From the NCBI GenBank assembly GCA_003056245.1, contig MVDH01000001.1, positions 158,794-222,793 on the forward strand: a stretch of 64,000 nt of DNA. Reading direction: 5' to 3'. A program made the position numbers and the translations under genes. This stretch comes from Cellvibrio sp. 79 (lineage in GTDB: Bacteria > Pseudomonadota > Gammaproteobacteria > Pseudomonadales > Cellvibrionaceae). This document shows, piece by piece, positions 26,331-37,778 of the stretch (its first letter is position 1; each line of letters opens with the position of its first letter). The notes beneath the pieces were generated by a model. It did no database searches. It was not told the origin of the DNA and saw only the letters and a program-made list of their open reading frames with translations.

Positions 26331-27626
26331 TTAGCGATACAGGATAAAAGCGAATATTTCTTGTGTATGAGCAATCAAGTAAAGCAGGCAACCTATACTG
26401 CCGCCGACAATTGTGCCGTTAATACGTATATATTGCAGGTCTTTACCAATGTTAAGCTCGATTTGGCGTGACATTTCCTTGCTGTCCCAACTTTTTACGG
26501 TGTCCCTGATATGCGTTGTTAAAAATTGTGCAAAATCAGGGGCCATTTTTTTTGCCGCATCTTCCATGTGCTGGTTCAGTGAGCTACGCAAGCTTTCATC
26601 TTCCGCCAGGGTTTTCCCTAACCATTGGCCAGCAGCGGTGATTTTCTGGTGCAGCACTGAGTTTTCATCCACACAATCACGCTTTATCCAATCTTTCAAA
26701 TCGCGCCACAATCCAGTCATGTAAGCTGTGAACGTGGCATCATTTTTTAAATAACGTTTTATCTCGTCTGCTTTTGCAAAAAATTCCGGATCACTTTTTA
26801 ATCTTTCAATAAATTCTGCCGTGTAATTGTCAAATTTAACCCGGAGTGGATGCCCGGAATCTTCATTAATTTCATTTAACAGGCGGCTTGCTGCTTTAAC
26901 GGCGATATCGGCTCCGGTTTTGCCCACCCAGCCAGAGGGTAATAATTTTTCAGCTACCGGGTGTTCCTCTTTGAGCCATTCAACAATGCCATCAGCAATC
27001 AACGCTTGTGTGCTTTCTTCACTCAATAGTGTGGCGAATTGATTGATGCCTTCGTTGAGTAATTGTTGATGGCGTTTATCTTTGGTCAGCACTTCCAATA
27101 GCGTGCCCGCTGATGCGGATAGATCGATTTTATCCAGCATCGTATGAATCGCGCGGGTAATAAATTTTTGCACGGCGGTATCTTCAATAAAATCGATGGT
27201 GCCCGCTGTGAATCTGACTAACCAGCCCCCCAGTTTTTTTGTGTTGTCACTGGAAGTCAGCCAATCTGCGGCTTTTTGTGCGGGATCATGCTTTTGAATT
27301 AGTGCGACGAGTGAATTCACATCCAGAAATTTATCGCGTACGAAAATCGCCAGGTTGTCAGCTATTTTATCTTTATTTTGGGGAATGATTTCAGTGTGTG
27401 CAGAAACAATAGGGATGGGTACGCGTTTAAATAATGCAACCACTGCAAACCAATCGGCGAGAGCGCCCACCATGGCGGCCTCCGAAATTGCCCGCACAAG
27501 ACCTACCCACCATCTATCAGCAGGCAAAAATAATGTAATTAAAAAAGTGAATGTGGCGAATAGTAAAAAATAAAGCGCGAGGCGTTTGGATCTTCGTAAT
27601 TCAATTTCTTTAGTCATCGAAGGCAC
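26331..27626 (-). CDS. DUF445 (YjiN-like) membrane protein
   Basis: AAMVGALADWFAVVALF and GKDLQYIRINGTIVGG motifs. Confidence 0.93.
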   Translation of the reverse strand: MPSMTKEIELRRSKRLALYFLLFATFTFLITLFLPADRWWVGLVRAISEAAMVGALADWFAVVALFKRVPIPIVSAHTEIIPQNKDKIADNLAIFVRDKFLDVNSLVALIQKHDPAQKAADWLTSSDNTKKLGGWLVRFTAGTIDFIEDTAVQKFITRAIHTMLDKIDLSASAGTLLEVLTKDKRHQQLLNEGINQFATLLSEESTQALIADGIVEWLKEEHPVAEKLLPSGWVGKTGADIAVKAASRLLNEINEDSGHPLRVKFDNYTAEFIERLKSDPEFFAKADEIKRYLKNDATFTAYMTGLWRDLKDWIKRDCVDENSVLHQKITAAGQWLGKTLAEDESLRSSLNQHMEDAAKKMAPDFAQFLTTHIRDTVKSWDSKEMSRQIELNIGKDLQYIRINGTIVGGSIGCLLYLIAHTQEIFAFILYR

Positions 27627-27662
27627 TCTCCTTTTACTGCACTAAATGAATTGTGGCAGGTA

Positions 27663-28631
27663 TCAGGTATAACCCACAAGTTCCAATAACCATAGTCCAA
27701 TAGTGACGCTAAATAAGGACCAGATAGTGGTGTGGGCAACAATTCTTGCAGCCAATGGCGCGTTGCCATTCATTGCTTGGACCATTACAAAACTGATTGT
27801 TGCGCTCGGTGATGCAGCTAATAGAAATAAAATTGCCAGCGCATCACCACGCAAACCTAATAAGATGGCGATTGTGCAGGCAATTAAGGGGGAAAGAATT
27901 AATTTCCACACGCAGGCGCTCAGGGTTATGGAATCTATTTGCGTTAATCGTGTTGCTCCCAGTGAACCACCGATGCAGATCAATGCCAGGGGTAATACCA
28001 TTTGGCTGAGATATTTTCCGCTATCAAGAACTACGCGTGGCAATGTGAATGCACAAGTATTCACCAGAAAACCCAATGCAATTGCAATAATCAGTGGATT
28101 TTTTGCGATGCCAACCAGCGTCGGTTTTAACGAGGTATCGCTTTCATTCAAACTGCGATTCAATACATAAACGGATAATACGTTATACACAATCACTGTC
28201 ATAGCGACGGGCAGGGATGCGAGTGCGAGCCCTTTTTCACCATACGCATTTGCACAAAATGCCAGCCCCAGAATGACCAGGTTGCCGCGAAATGCTCCCT
28301 GAATAAATACACCTTCATCACGTTTATCGTTGCAGTGCCAATGGGCAGTAAAAAAACTGCCAATAAATACCAGACTGGTCATTGATGCAAATGCAATTAG
28401 TAAATCCCAATCAGTAGCCAACGATGTGTCTGCTATTGCACAAGTGATAAACAACATTACCGGCAAGCCAAGGTTATACACTAATTGTGATGATGTTTTG
28501 ATAAAGCCATCATTGATCATATTGCGTTTTTTGAGCAAAAACCCAAGAAACAACATGACAAAAACAGGTGTAGTGATTTGAAATGCGAAGAGGAAGGTAT
28601 GAAGGGCGTGAGTGAGCACGTCTAACCTCAA
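27663..28631 (-). CDS. AEC (auxin efflux carrier)-family transporter
   Basis: About 10 TMs; FRGNLVILGL, NPLIIAI and LPLALICIG motifs. Confidence 0.9.
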   Translation of the reverse strand: MRLDVLTHALHTFLFAFQITTPVFVMLFLGFLLKKRNMINDGFIKTSSQLVYNLGLPVMLFITCAIADTSLATDWDLLIAFASMTSLVFIGSFFTAHWHCNDKRDEGVFIQGAFRGNLVILGLAFCANAYGEKGLALASLPVAMTVIVYNVLSVYVLNRSLNESDTSLKPTLVGIAKNPLIIAIALGFLVNTCAFTLPRVVLDSGKYLSQMVLPLALICIGGSLGATRLTQIDSITLSACVWKLILSPLIACTIAILLGLRGDALAILFLLAASPSATISFVMVQAMNGNAPLAARIVAHTTIWSLFSVTIGLWLLELVGYT

Positions 28632-28697
28632 CGTTGAAACTTGTGTGAAAAGAGATTAATGAAATTAACGCTGAAAATAATCGATTCCGCCAAAAAC

Positions 28698-28725
28698 AAT
28701 AAAGCCCGGCGAACCGGGCTTTATT
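28698..28725. terminator. Intrinsic terminator after uxaC
   Basis: aataaagcccgg-cgaa-ccgggctttatt. Confidence 0.8.
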
Positions 28726-28749
28726 GTACGTTGAAATAACGGGGGAGAG

Positions 28750-30165
28750 TTATTCAGGTACTACAAATGGAAAATAATTTTTCGCATTGTTAAAGCTAAT
28801 ATCCTGGATCATCTTGCCGACCATTTTGGCATCGTTTGGCACTAAACCTTTCGCCATATCGCGGCCTAAAATTCCGCACAAAATGCGACGGAAATATTCG
28901 TGGCGTGAATAGCTCAGGAAGCTACGGCTATCAGTCAGCATGCCGACAAAACGGCTCAGCAAACCCAGTTGGCTTAATGATTCGATCTGGCGGGTCATAC
29001 CATCCATTTGATCAAGGAACCACCAGCCGCTGCCAAACTGGATTTTGCCAGCCACGGAACCATCCTGGAAATTCCCGATCATGGTGCCAATGACTTCGTT
29101 GTCGCGTGGATTCAGGTTATAAATAATAGTTTTGGCCAGTTTGTTCTGATCATCCAGGCGGCCCAAAAATTTTGCCAGGGGTTTGGCATAATTGTGGTCA
29201 CCGATAGAATCAAAACCAGTGTCCGGTCCGATATTGCGATACAACCGCGGATTGTTATTGCGAATCGCCCCGATATGGAATTGTTGCACCCAACCCTTGG
29301 CGTGATCTTGCAAGGCAAATTGCACCATCATTGCCGATTGGAATTTTTCAATTTCAATGGGATCCAGTTCATTGTGATTGCGGATTTTGAGGAAAATCGT
29401 TTTGATTTCTTCATCGGTGTAATCCGCCGCGTAAACGGTTTCCAGGCCATGATCCGATAAACGGCAGCCATTTGCGTGGAAATAATCGTGGCGAATATCC
29501 AGTGCGCGAATCAAATCATCAAAAGTATTGATGTTTACATCGGCAGCAATTGCCAGGCGATCAAGATATTTGTTGTACGCCGCTTCGCTTTCAACCGCCA
29601 TGGCGCGGTCGGGGCGCCAGGTGGGAAGCATGGCGGATTTGAAGGATTTATCCGCGGCAGCGGTTTTGTGATGCTCCAGATCATGGATTGGGTCATCAGT
29701 GGTGCATACCATTTTCACGTTTGCTTGCTGCATTAAACCGCGCGCGCTGAATTCCGGCGTAGCCAGCAATTCATTACATTGGTCCCAAGTGCGTTTGGCA
29801 TTGCTGCTGTCGAGCAAGCGATCGGTAATACCAAATGGTTTGCGTAGCTCGAGGTGGGTCCAGTGGTACAGCGGGTTGCGCAGTGTGTAAGGAACCGTCT
29901 CACACCACTTTTCAAATTTTTCCCAATCGCTGGCATCGCCAGTACAGTAGCGCTCATCCACACCGTTGGAGCGCATAGCGCGCCATTTGTAGTGATCACC
30001 GGCGAGCCAAACCTCATAGAGATTTTTAAATTGCTTATTCTGGCCTACTTGTTCGGGGGGCAGGTGGCAGTGGTAATCGATGATCGGCATGTTTTTGGCG
30101 TAGTCATGAAACAGCACTTTCGCCTGTTCGGTATCGAGCAAAAAGTCGTCGTGGATAAAGCTCAT
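28750..30165 (-). CDS. uxaC: Glucuronate (uronate) isomerase
   Basis: IIDYHCHL, GDHYKWRAMR, FGSGWWFLDQ and GMLTDSRSFLSY motifs. Confidence 0.97.
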   Translation of the reverse strand: MSFIHDDFLLDTEQAKVLFHDYAKNMPIIDYHCHLPPEQVGQNKQFKNLYEVWLAGDHYKWRAMRSNGVDERYCTGDASDWEKFEKWCETVPYTLRNPLYHWTHLELRKPFGITDRLLDSSNAKRTWDQCNELLATPEFSARGLMQQANVKMVCTTDDPIHDLEHHKTAAADKSFKSAMLPTWRPDRAMAVESEAAYNKYLDRLAIAADVNINTFDDLIRALDIRHDYFHANGCRLSDHGLETVYAADYTDEEIKTIFLKIRNHNELDPIEIEKFQSAMMVQFALQDHAKGWVQQFHIGAIRNNNPRLYRNIGPDTGFDSIGDHNYAKPLAKFLGRLDDQNKLAKTIIYNLNPRDNEVIGTMIGNFQDGSVAGKIQFGSGWWFLDQMDGMTRQIESLSQLGLLSRFVGMLTDSRSFLSYSRHEYFRRILCGILGRDMAKGLVPNDAKMVGKMIQDISFNNAKNYFPFVVPE

Positions 30166-30549
30166 TCTCACAATTCCTCAAGATATGCCGAGGCAACAGC
30201 TTTTCCCGTTGAGGCTGTGCGATGGCAAGAAAGTATTACGCTCAACGCATGTATCGTCTTCCGCGGCCATAAGTAAAGCCTGGCCCGACAATAAACGGGC
30301 AACCTTTGGAAAGGGAAACTGGTTGAATGTTGTTATTCCATCGTGCGCTAGCATGCTGCCACCACACGAAAAGATAAGTTTGACCGAGGATTGCCTGCCC
30401 AAAAGGCTCAATGGATGACCACACGAAAACCGTAACTATTGGGCGCGCTGCTATGTTGCAGCTTGGATACCAGTGTAACTGCTGGCAGGCAAAATACCAA
30501 CAGTTTGCCGCAGTGTTTTGATGCGACTATTGCACTTCTTTAACCCGAA

Positions 30550-30563
30550 TGTAACCGTTTACA
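30550..30563. promoter_or_regulatory. Possible LacI-type operator between uxaC and the pentapeptide gene
   Basis: Near-palindrome TGTAACCGTTTACA adjacent to TATAAT. Confidence 0.35.
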
Positions 30564-30666
30564 GTATAATGCCGGGCGCCGCTAAACCGGTTAAGCAAAA
30601 GTGGATTCATCAGCTATAGTCAAATCAGGTTTTATCGCGATTATTGCTACCAAAACGGAGCCTGTT

Positions 30667-31017
30667 ATGACCAAGCCGATTGTCCACACCAATCCGTATT
30701 ACGAACTGTTGCGGTCCGAGCGGGTGGCCGAGTTCAACCAACGCAAGGCGCGCGGCGAAATAAAAGACGGTATGTTGCGCGGCGGGGATTTTCGCGGCCT
30801 GGATTTACGTGAGCTGGATGCCAATGGCCTGGATTTACGCGATGCTTATTTTCGCGGTGCAGATTTGCGTGGGGTCGACTTCCGTAATACCCAATTGGAA
30901 GGGGCGAGCTTTTGCCAGGCACATATATCGGGATGTTTTTTTCCTGCCGAGTTACCGGCCACTGAATTGCGTCTGTCATTTGATTTGGGAATTCGAGTGC
31001 GTTATTTCAGTAAGTAA
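30667..31017 (+). CDS. Pentapeptide-repeat protein
   Basis: GDFRG LDLRE LDANG LDLRD AYFRG ADLRG VDFRN repeats. Confidence 0.9.
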   Translation: MTKPIVHTNPYYELLRSERVAEFNQRKARGEIKDGMLRGGDFRGLDLRELDANGLDLRDAYFRGADLRGVDFRNTQLEGASFCQAHISGCFFPAELPATELRLSFDLGIRVRYFSK

Positions 31018-31194
31018 GCTGCAGGTTTAATTAGGCACTGCAGAGCAAAAAAATAAAAAATTACCGATCACGATCATCAAGCGATTGGTGGATAAAAATA
31101 TAAGTGCGATGAAATTCATCGCATTATCAAAACACAATACCAGCGGTTGTGAATATTTATAAAAAAGAGGTGAACTCTTTACCTTACAATTTAA

Positions 31195-32472
<1,278 letters not shown>

Positions 32473-32503
32473 CATCGACATTAAATGAAATATTTTCAGT
32501 GAT

Positions 32504-32533
32504 AAAAACGGCTCTTGTAAAAGGGCCGTTTTT
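32504..32533 (+). terminator. Intrinsic terminator
   Basis: aaaaacggctc...gggccgttttt. Confidence 0.7.
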
Positions 32534-32667
32534 GTATGTGCATACGTAAATGTGGGTTAAGTTGCAGCGAGCAATAATCTGAGGCGCTAGTATCACGCCC
32601 GCTTTCATCAAGTATTTTATTTATAACAACAACGATTTCTCCAATACACAACGCAAGGGGTTCCGAC

Positions 32668-34932
32668 ATGACCTTTACCAGAAAACTCAGCATCATCGCT
32701 ATGGGCTGTGCGCTGGCTGGTGCAACATTAACAGCCACAGCGCAAACACAACAATCGTCATCCCAACCCATTCCCACTAAACAGGAGTTAGCAAACAAAC
32801 CCTGGATGAATACCAAACTCAGCGCACATGAGCGCACGCAATTGGTATTAAAAGAAATGACTGTGGATGAAAAGCTGAGTTTGTTGATGGGTTATTTTGG
32901 TACTGATGCCCCCTGGAAAAATTTCACGCGCCCGGCTGAGTCTTATCCGCAATCCGCCGGTTTTGTTTATGGTGTGCCGCGCTTGGGAATTCCACACATT
33001 TGGCAAGCCGATGCCGGTGTAGGTGTAGCGTCGCAATCAGGTCCTAACGTGCGTGAACGCACCGCATTGCCATCGGGTATGGCAACTGCTGCAACCTGGA
33101 ATCCGCAAGTAGGATTTGAAGGTGGCGCAATGATTGGTTCCGAAGCGCGCACATCTGGCTTTAATGTGCTGTTGGCTGGTGGTGTAAATTTGGTGCGCGA
33201 ACCGCGCAATGGCCGCAATTTTGAATACGGTGGTGAAGATCCTTATCTCGCCGGCGTAATGGTGGGCCATCAAATTAAAGGTGTGCAATCCAATAATATT
33301 GTTTCAACACTTAAACATTTTGCTTACAACGATCAGGAAACCGGCCGCTTTAATTTAAATGTCACTATTGATGAAGCTGCAGGGCGCATGTCCGATTTAC
33401 TTGCGTTGCAATTTGCTTACGAAATTGGTAATCCCGGTTCGGTGATGTGTTCTTACAACCGCGTGTATGGTGTATACGGTTGTGAAAGTGATTATTTATT
33501 GAATCAGGTTTTGAAAAACGATTGGGGCTTCAAAGGCTGGGTGATGTCTGATTGGGGCGCAACCCATTCAACGGTTCCTGCTGCCAATAATGGTTTGGAT
33601 CAGCAATCCGGTTTCCCTTTTGATGTGTCTGCTTATTTTAAAGAGCCACTAAAAGAAGCTGTCGCTAATGGTTGGGTTTCGCAAGCGCGGTTTGATGATA
33701 TGGCAGGCCGCGTGCTTTTCGCGCTGTTTGATAAAGGCGTCATAGATAATCCGGTTCCTAAAAGCAGCAATAATATTGATTTCAAAAAACACGCTTTGAT
33801 TACACAAAAAGATGCAGAAGAAGCGATTGTATTATTGAAAAATGACAAGCTACTGCCGCTGGTAAATAGCGCAAAGAAAATTGCGATAATCGGTTCCCAT
33901 GCGAATGTGGGTGTGCTTTCGGGCGGGGGCTCCTCGCAAGTTTATCCGTTGGGAGGAGTGGCTGTGTCCGGGCTTGGCCCCAAAATATTTCCGGGGCCGA
34001 TGGTGTACTATCCTTCATCCCCTATGAAAGCATTGGAAGCACGACTACCTGATGCGCGTATTACTTTTGATGAAGGTTCCAATGTGCAAGCAGCGGCAGC
34101 ACTGGCAGTTGAAAGTGATTTGGTTTTAGTGTTTGCTAACCAATGGACTGCCGAATCTGTTGATGCTGCCAGTTTGGCTCTACCAGACAACCAGGATGCA
34201 TTAATTGCAGCAGTGGCCAAAGCGAATAAAAAAACCATCGTCGTTTTACAAACGGGTGGTGCAATAACAATGCCCTGGTTGCATGATGTGGGAGCCGTTG
34301 TAGAGGCTTGGTATCCGGGCACTAGTGGCGGTGAAGCTATTGCACGCGTGTTAACTGGCGAAGTAAATCCATCTGGGCATTTGCCAATTACTTTCCCGGC
34401 AGCGGAATCCCAATTGCCGCGAGCAAAAGTGGATGGTTATCCTGAAGTTAAAGATCAACGTTTTGAAGTGAATTACACCGAAGGCGCTACTGTGGGCTAC
34501 AAGTGGTTTGATGCTCACAAATATACACCGTTGTTTCCATTCGGTTATGGATTGTCTTACACCGATTTTGAATTTAGCGATTTAAAAACCACTATTAAAA
34601 ATGACCAGTTGAATATCAGTTTCAATATAAAAAATATCGGTACTGTTGCGGGCAAAGACGTCGCGCAGGTGTATATAGCGCCGCTTGATACAAAATGGGA
34701 AGCACCAAAGCGTTTGGGCGCATTCCAGAAAGTGGATTTAAAGCCGGGCGAATCAACGCAGGTTTCAGTGAATGTAGATTCGCGCTTGCTGGCAATGTAT
34801 CAAAGCAAATCCAAAACCTGGACAATTGCCAAAGGCCAATATGAGGTGATCCTTGCCAAGTCGGCAACTGAGCCACAATCCAGTACCAAAGTTAAAATTC
34901 CCGCCCGGACTTTAGATGTCAATGGTAAATAA
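32668..34932 (+). CDS. GH3 beta-glucosidase-family glycosidase with FnIII-like C-terminus
   Basis: RNGRNFEYGGEDP, LKHFAYN, GWVMSDWGA (nucleophile Asp), FPFGYGLSYT. Confidence 0.95.
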   Translation: MTFTRKLSIIAMGCALAGATLTATAQTQQSSSQPIPTKQELANKPWMNTKLSAHERTQLVLKEMTVDEKLSLLMGYFGTDAPWKNFTRPAESYPQSAGFVYGVPRLGIPHIWQADAGVGVASQSGPNVRERTALPSGMATAATWNPQVGFEGGAMIGSEARTSGFNVLLAGGVNLVREPRNGRNFEYGGEDPYLAGVMVGHQIKGVQSNNIVSTLKHFAYNDQETGRFNLNVTIDEAAGRMSDLLALQFAYEIGNPGSVMCSYNRVYGVYGCESDYLLNQVLKNDWGFKGWVMSDWGATHSTVPAANNGLDQQSGFPFDVSAYFKEPLKEAVANGWVSQARFDDMAGRVLFALFDKGVIDNPVPKSSNNIDFKKHALITQKDAEEAIVLLKNDKLLPLVNSAKKIAIIGSHANVGVLSGGGSSQVYPLGGVAVSGLGPKIFPGPMVYYPSSPMKALEARLPDARITFDEGSNVQAAAALAVESDLVLVFANQWTAESVDAASLALPDNQDALIAAVAKANKKTIVVLQTGGAITMPWLHDVGAVVEAWYPGTSGGEAIARVLTGEVNPSGHLPITFPAAESQLPRAKVDGYPEVKDQRFEVNYTEGATVGYKWFDAHKYTPLFPFGYGLSYTDFEFSDLKTTIKNDQLNISFNIKNIGTVAGKDVAQVYIAPLDTKWEAPKRLGAFQKVDLKPGESTQVSVNVDSRLLAMYQSKSKTWTIAKGQYEVILAKSATEPQSSTKVKIPARTLDVNGK

Positions 34933-34983
34933 CGTAAATAATTCCAGGGCTGGGAATTCGGCTCTGGAAATTATTCATGATTG

Positions 34984-35013
34984 ATGGCGGCGGCTTTTAG
35001 CTGCCGTTTTTTT
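34984..35013 (+). terminator. Intrinsic terminator
   Basis: cggcggc-tttta-gctgccg followed by a T-run. Confidence 0.7.
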
Positions 35014-35198
35014 ACTTGTAATTTTTACAGGATTTACTGTTATTGATACCGGATCGATAATTATATTTGGTCAGGTTTTTCTCCTTACCTACTGAATTTA
35101 TTAATAATTTCCTTTTCTGGCACATAATACGCATTGTGCAATATGAACTTTGCGTTGAGCAATTCAAATTCAAGTGAATAAAGGATAAGGAGTCTATT

Positions 35199-35405
35199 AT
35201 GACTATTCTCAAAAATGCATTGATTGTTTTGTGTTTGGCTTTCCCATTGGCGGCCTGTGATTCCAATGACGGAAAAGCAGAACAGCTAGGTGAAAAAATT
35301 GATAATTCCGGAAATGAAGCGCGGGATAAATTGGATGATGCCGCTGACGAAGTAAAGGACGGCGTTGAAGATGCATGTGAAAAAGCCACGGATAAGAATT
35401 GCTAG
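35199..35405 (+). CDS. Small lipoprotein
   Basis: Lipobox LAAC; GKAEQLGEKID motif; RBS AAGGAG. Confidence 0.8.
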   Translation: MTILKNALIVLCLAFPLAACDSNDGKAEQLGEKIDNSGNEARDKLDDAADEVKDGVEDACEKATDKNC

Positions 35406-35574
35406 TGTTTTTATTAAATAGTTTTTATTAAAAACGTCTATTTGATTATGTTGAAATGCAGAAGCTGGTATTGGTTAATCCGATACCGGCTTTAATTATT
35501 TTGCCATAGCTGACTCATGGCTGGTAACCAGCTATATTGATTGTTCTCTACAGCGATAAATCAGGGACATCAAT

Positions 35575-36852
35575 ATGAGCACGGATTTATCCGGCAATGC
35601 CAACCGCTTTATTCTCTTCTCTGTCTTTTTTACGGCACGAGCTTATTATCCTGTCCTCGCCATCTTATTTATTGATTTGGGGCTAACCCTGGATCAGTTT
35701 GTCATGCTCAATTTTGTGTGGGCAATTACCATTTTTCTGTTTGAAGTTCCTTCCGGTGCATTGGCAGATACGATTGGTCGACGGAAGTTACTTATCGCTG
35801 CCTCGGCGCTCATGTTGGTAGAAATGTTATGTTTGTTATTTGCATCCTGGTCGAGTGGTGCAATGTTACTGGCGCTTTGTGTTCTCAATCGTATTTGCTC
35901 GGGGCTATCTGAAGCTTGTGCGAGTGGTGCCGATGAAGCGCTTGCCTACGATTCATTACCGGAACAAAACCGGACATTGGCTTGGGATCAATTGCTTGCC
36001 AAAGTGATGCGGTGGCGTTCAGTCGGATTTGTAATCGCTATGGTTTTAGGCGGAGTTTTGTATGACGCGCATATGTTGAATTTTTTGTTGCCGCAAGATA
36101 ATGCGATTGCTGCTGAAACAGCTCATCGTTTACCAATAATTTTGGTATTGATACAGGCAGTAATTTGTTTATTGGTTACCTGGCGTATGCGCGAACCCCA
36201 ACATGCAATCGTTGGTGCACAATTGGAAAATGCTTGGAGGCACATTTTCAATACTACTCGCTGGGTGTTAACCAATCCTAAAACATTGGTGGTTATATTA
36301 ATCGGTGTTGCAGTAGATTCGATTGTGCGAAATTTTGCCACGATCAACAGCAGCTATTATCGCCTGATTGATTTGCCGGTGTGGACTTACGGGTTTCTCG
36401 GTGCACTGTTTGGTGTAATGGGTTTTATTATTCCCGGTATTGCCAAATACCTGAATGAAACATTTAGCCTTTTTGCTAATCTATTATTCATCGTAATTTG
36501 CACGTTGATTGGATTGATTGCACTGGTTCCGGCGTGGTCTATTTATGGATTAATTCCCGCTATTTTTGTTTTCAGTATGATGTTTTTCCTCGGTTTCACT
36601 GTCAGCCGTGTATTGCATGAAGAAGCAGAATCATCGCGCCGTGCCACTGTATTGTCGGTCAAAGGTTTAATTTTTAATTTGGGTTATGGTTTATTTAGCC
36701 TGATTTTTTCCGTATTGCTAGCCAATTTCCCGGAATCGCCAGAAGGTAGCGCATTACGTAATGCATTGTTATGGCAAGTGCCTTTCTTCGCGTTAGTGAC
36801 AATAATGTTATTAACCTGGGCCAGATTTAAATTACAGCAAAAATTAAACTGA
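35575..36852 (+). CDS. MFS transporter
   Basis: EVPSGALADTIGRRK motif A; about 12 TMs. Confidence 0.92.
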   Translation: MSTDLSGNANRFILFSVFFTARAYYPVLAILFIDLGLTLDQFVMLNFVWAITIFLFEVPSGALADTIGRRKLLIAASALMLVEMLCLLFASWSSGAMLLALCVLNRICSGLSEACASGADEALAYDSLPEQNRTLAWDQLLAKVMRWRSVGFVIAMVLGGVLYDAHMLNFLLPQDNAIAAETAHRLPIILVLIQAVICLLVTWRMREPQHAIVGAQLENAWRHIFNTTRWVLTNPKTLVVILIGVAVDSIVRNFATINSSYYRLIDLPVWTYGFLGALFGVMGFIIPGIAKYLNETFSLFANLLFIVICTLIGLIALVPAWSIYGLIPAIFVFSMMFFLGFTVSRVLHEEAESSRRATVLSVKGLIFNLGYGLFSLIFSVLLANFPESPEGSALRNALLWQVPFFALVTIMLLTWARFKLQQKLN

Positions 36853-36862
36853 TAGGAGTTTT

Positions 36863-37447
36863 ATGATGAATGTAGGAATCTATATTTATGATAATGCCGA
36901 GGTACTGGATTTTTCCGGGCCTTTTGAAGTTTTTTCCACCGCGGCACGCGTGAGTAAAAATCCGGATTTATTCCGCGTTTACCTGATCGGGGAAACCGGT
37001 GGTACTGTTACTGCCCGTGCCGGCTTTAAAGTGATTCCCGATTATTCCATCGATAATCATCCCGCGCTGGATTTATTGATAGTTGTTGGCGGTGTGCATA
37101 CTGGTGAAATGGAAAAAAATAATGTGATAGCCTGGCTTGCACAGCAACGCGCTCAGGTAACGTTAATTGCTACAGTGTGCACTGGTATTTTTCTGTTCGC
37201 CAAAGCAACTGGTTTATCCAATGTAAAAGTTACTACCCATTGGGAAGATATACCCGATCTGCGCCAGCAATTTCCTGATTTACAAGTGCAAGAGAATATT
37301 CGTTGGATAGATGAGGGGAATCTCGTTTCTTCCGGCGGTATTTCAGCGGGAATTGATATGAGTTTATATTTAGTAGGACGCTTGCACAGCCGCGATTTAG
37401 CAGAGAGAACTGCGCGGCAAATGGAATATGATTGGAATGAGGGTTAA
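36863..37447 (+). CDS. DJ-1/PfpI-family protein
   Basis: EVLDFSGPFEVF, ATVCTG (nucleophile Cys), SSGGISAGIDM. Confidence 0.92.
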   Translation: MMNVGIYIYDNAEVLDFSGPFEVFSTAARVSKNPDLFRVYLIGETGGTVTARAGFKVIPDYSIDNHPALDLLIVVGGVHTGEMEKNNVIAWLAQQRAQVTLIATVCTGIFLFAKATGLSNVKVTTHWEDIPDLRQQFPDLQVQENIRWIDEGNLVSSGGISAGIDMSLYLVGRLHSRDLAERTARQMEYDWNEG

Positions 37448-37464
37448 AAAATTAAACTCGGGAT

Positions 37465-37764
37465 TCACGCAGCTCTTGGTGATATTTGTTTTTTTATTTC
37501 TGCGCCCCGTTCTAACTCAATTAATTTCAAATCATAAGTAGATTGTAAATTAAGCCAGGATTGGGCATCACCGCCAAAATAATAAGCAAGGCGCAATGCT
37601 GTATCTGCAGTAATTGCACGGCGTTCGTTAACAATTTCATGCAAGCGCGTAGCGGGTACACGTAACTCCTGCGCAAGCGCATTTACACTCATACCCAATG
37701 GAACAATATATTCTTCACGGAGAATTTCGCCGGGATGGATGGGACGCATTTTATTGGTGGGCAT
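37465..37764 (-). CDS. higA: HigA-family antitoxin (no adjacent higB)
   Basis: RPIHPGEILREE...RRAITADTALRLAYYFG...WLNLQSTYDL. Confidence 0.92.
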   Translation of the reverse strand: MPTNKMRPIHPGEILREEYIVPLGMSVNALAQELRVPATRLHEIVNERRAITADTALRLAYYFGGDAQSWLNLQSTYDLKLIELERGAEIKKQISPRAA

Positions 37765-37778
37765 CAATACTTCCTTCG

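Noticed and set aside
30178-30424. Three short overlapping ORFs upstream of uxaC
   Set aside because: No motif or RBS support; more likely untranslated or regulatory sequence.
30667-31017. Qnr-type quinolone resistance
   Set aside because: Too short and too few pentapeptide repeats; fits a common small pentapeptide family.
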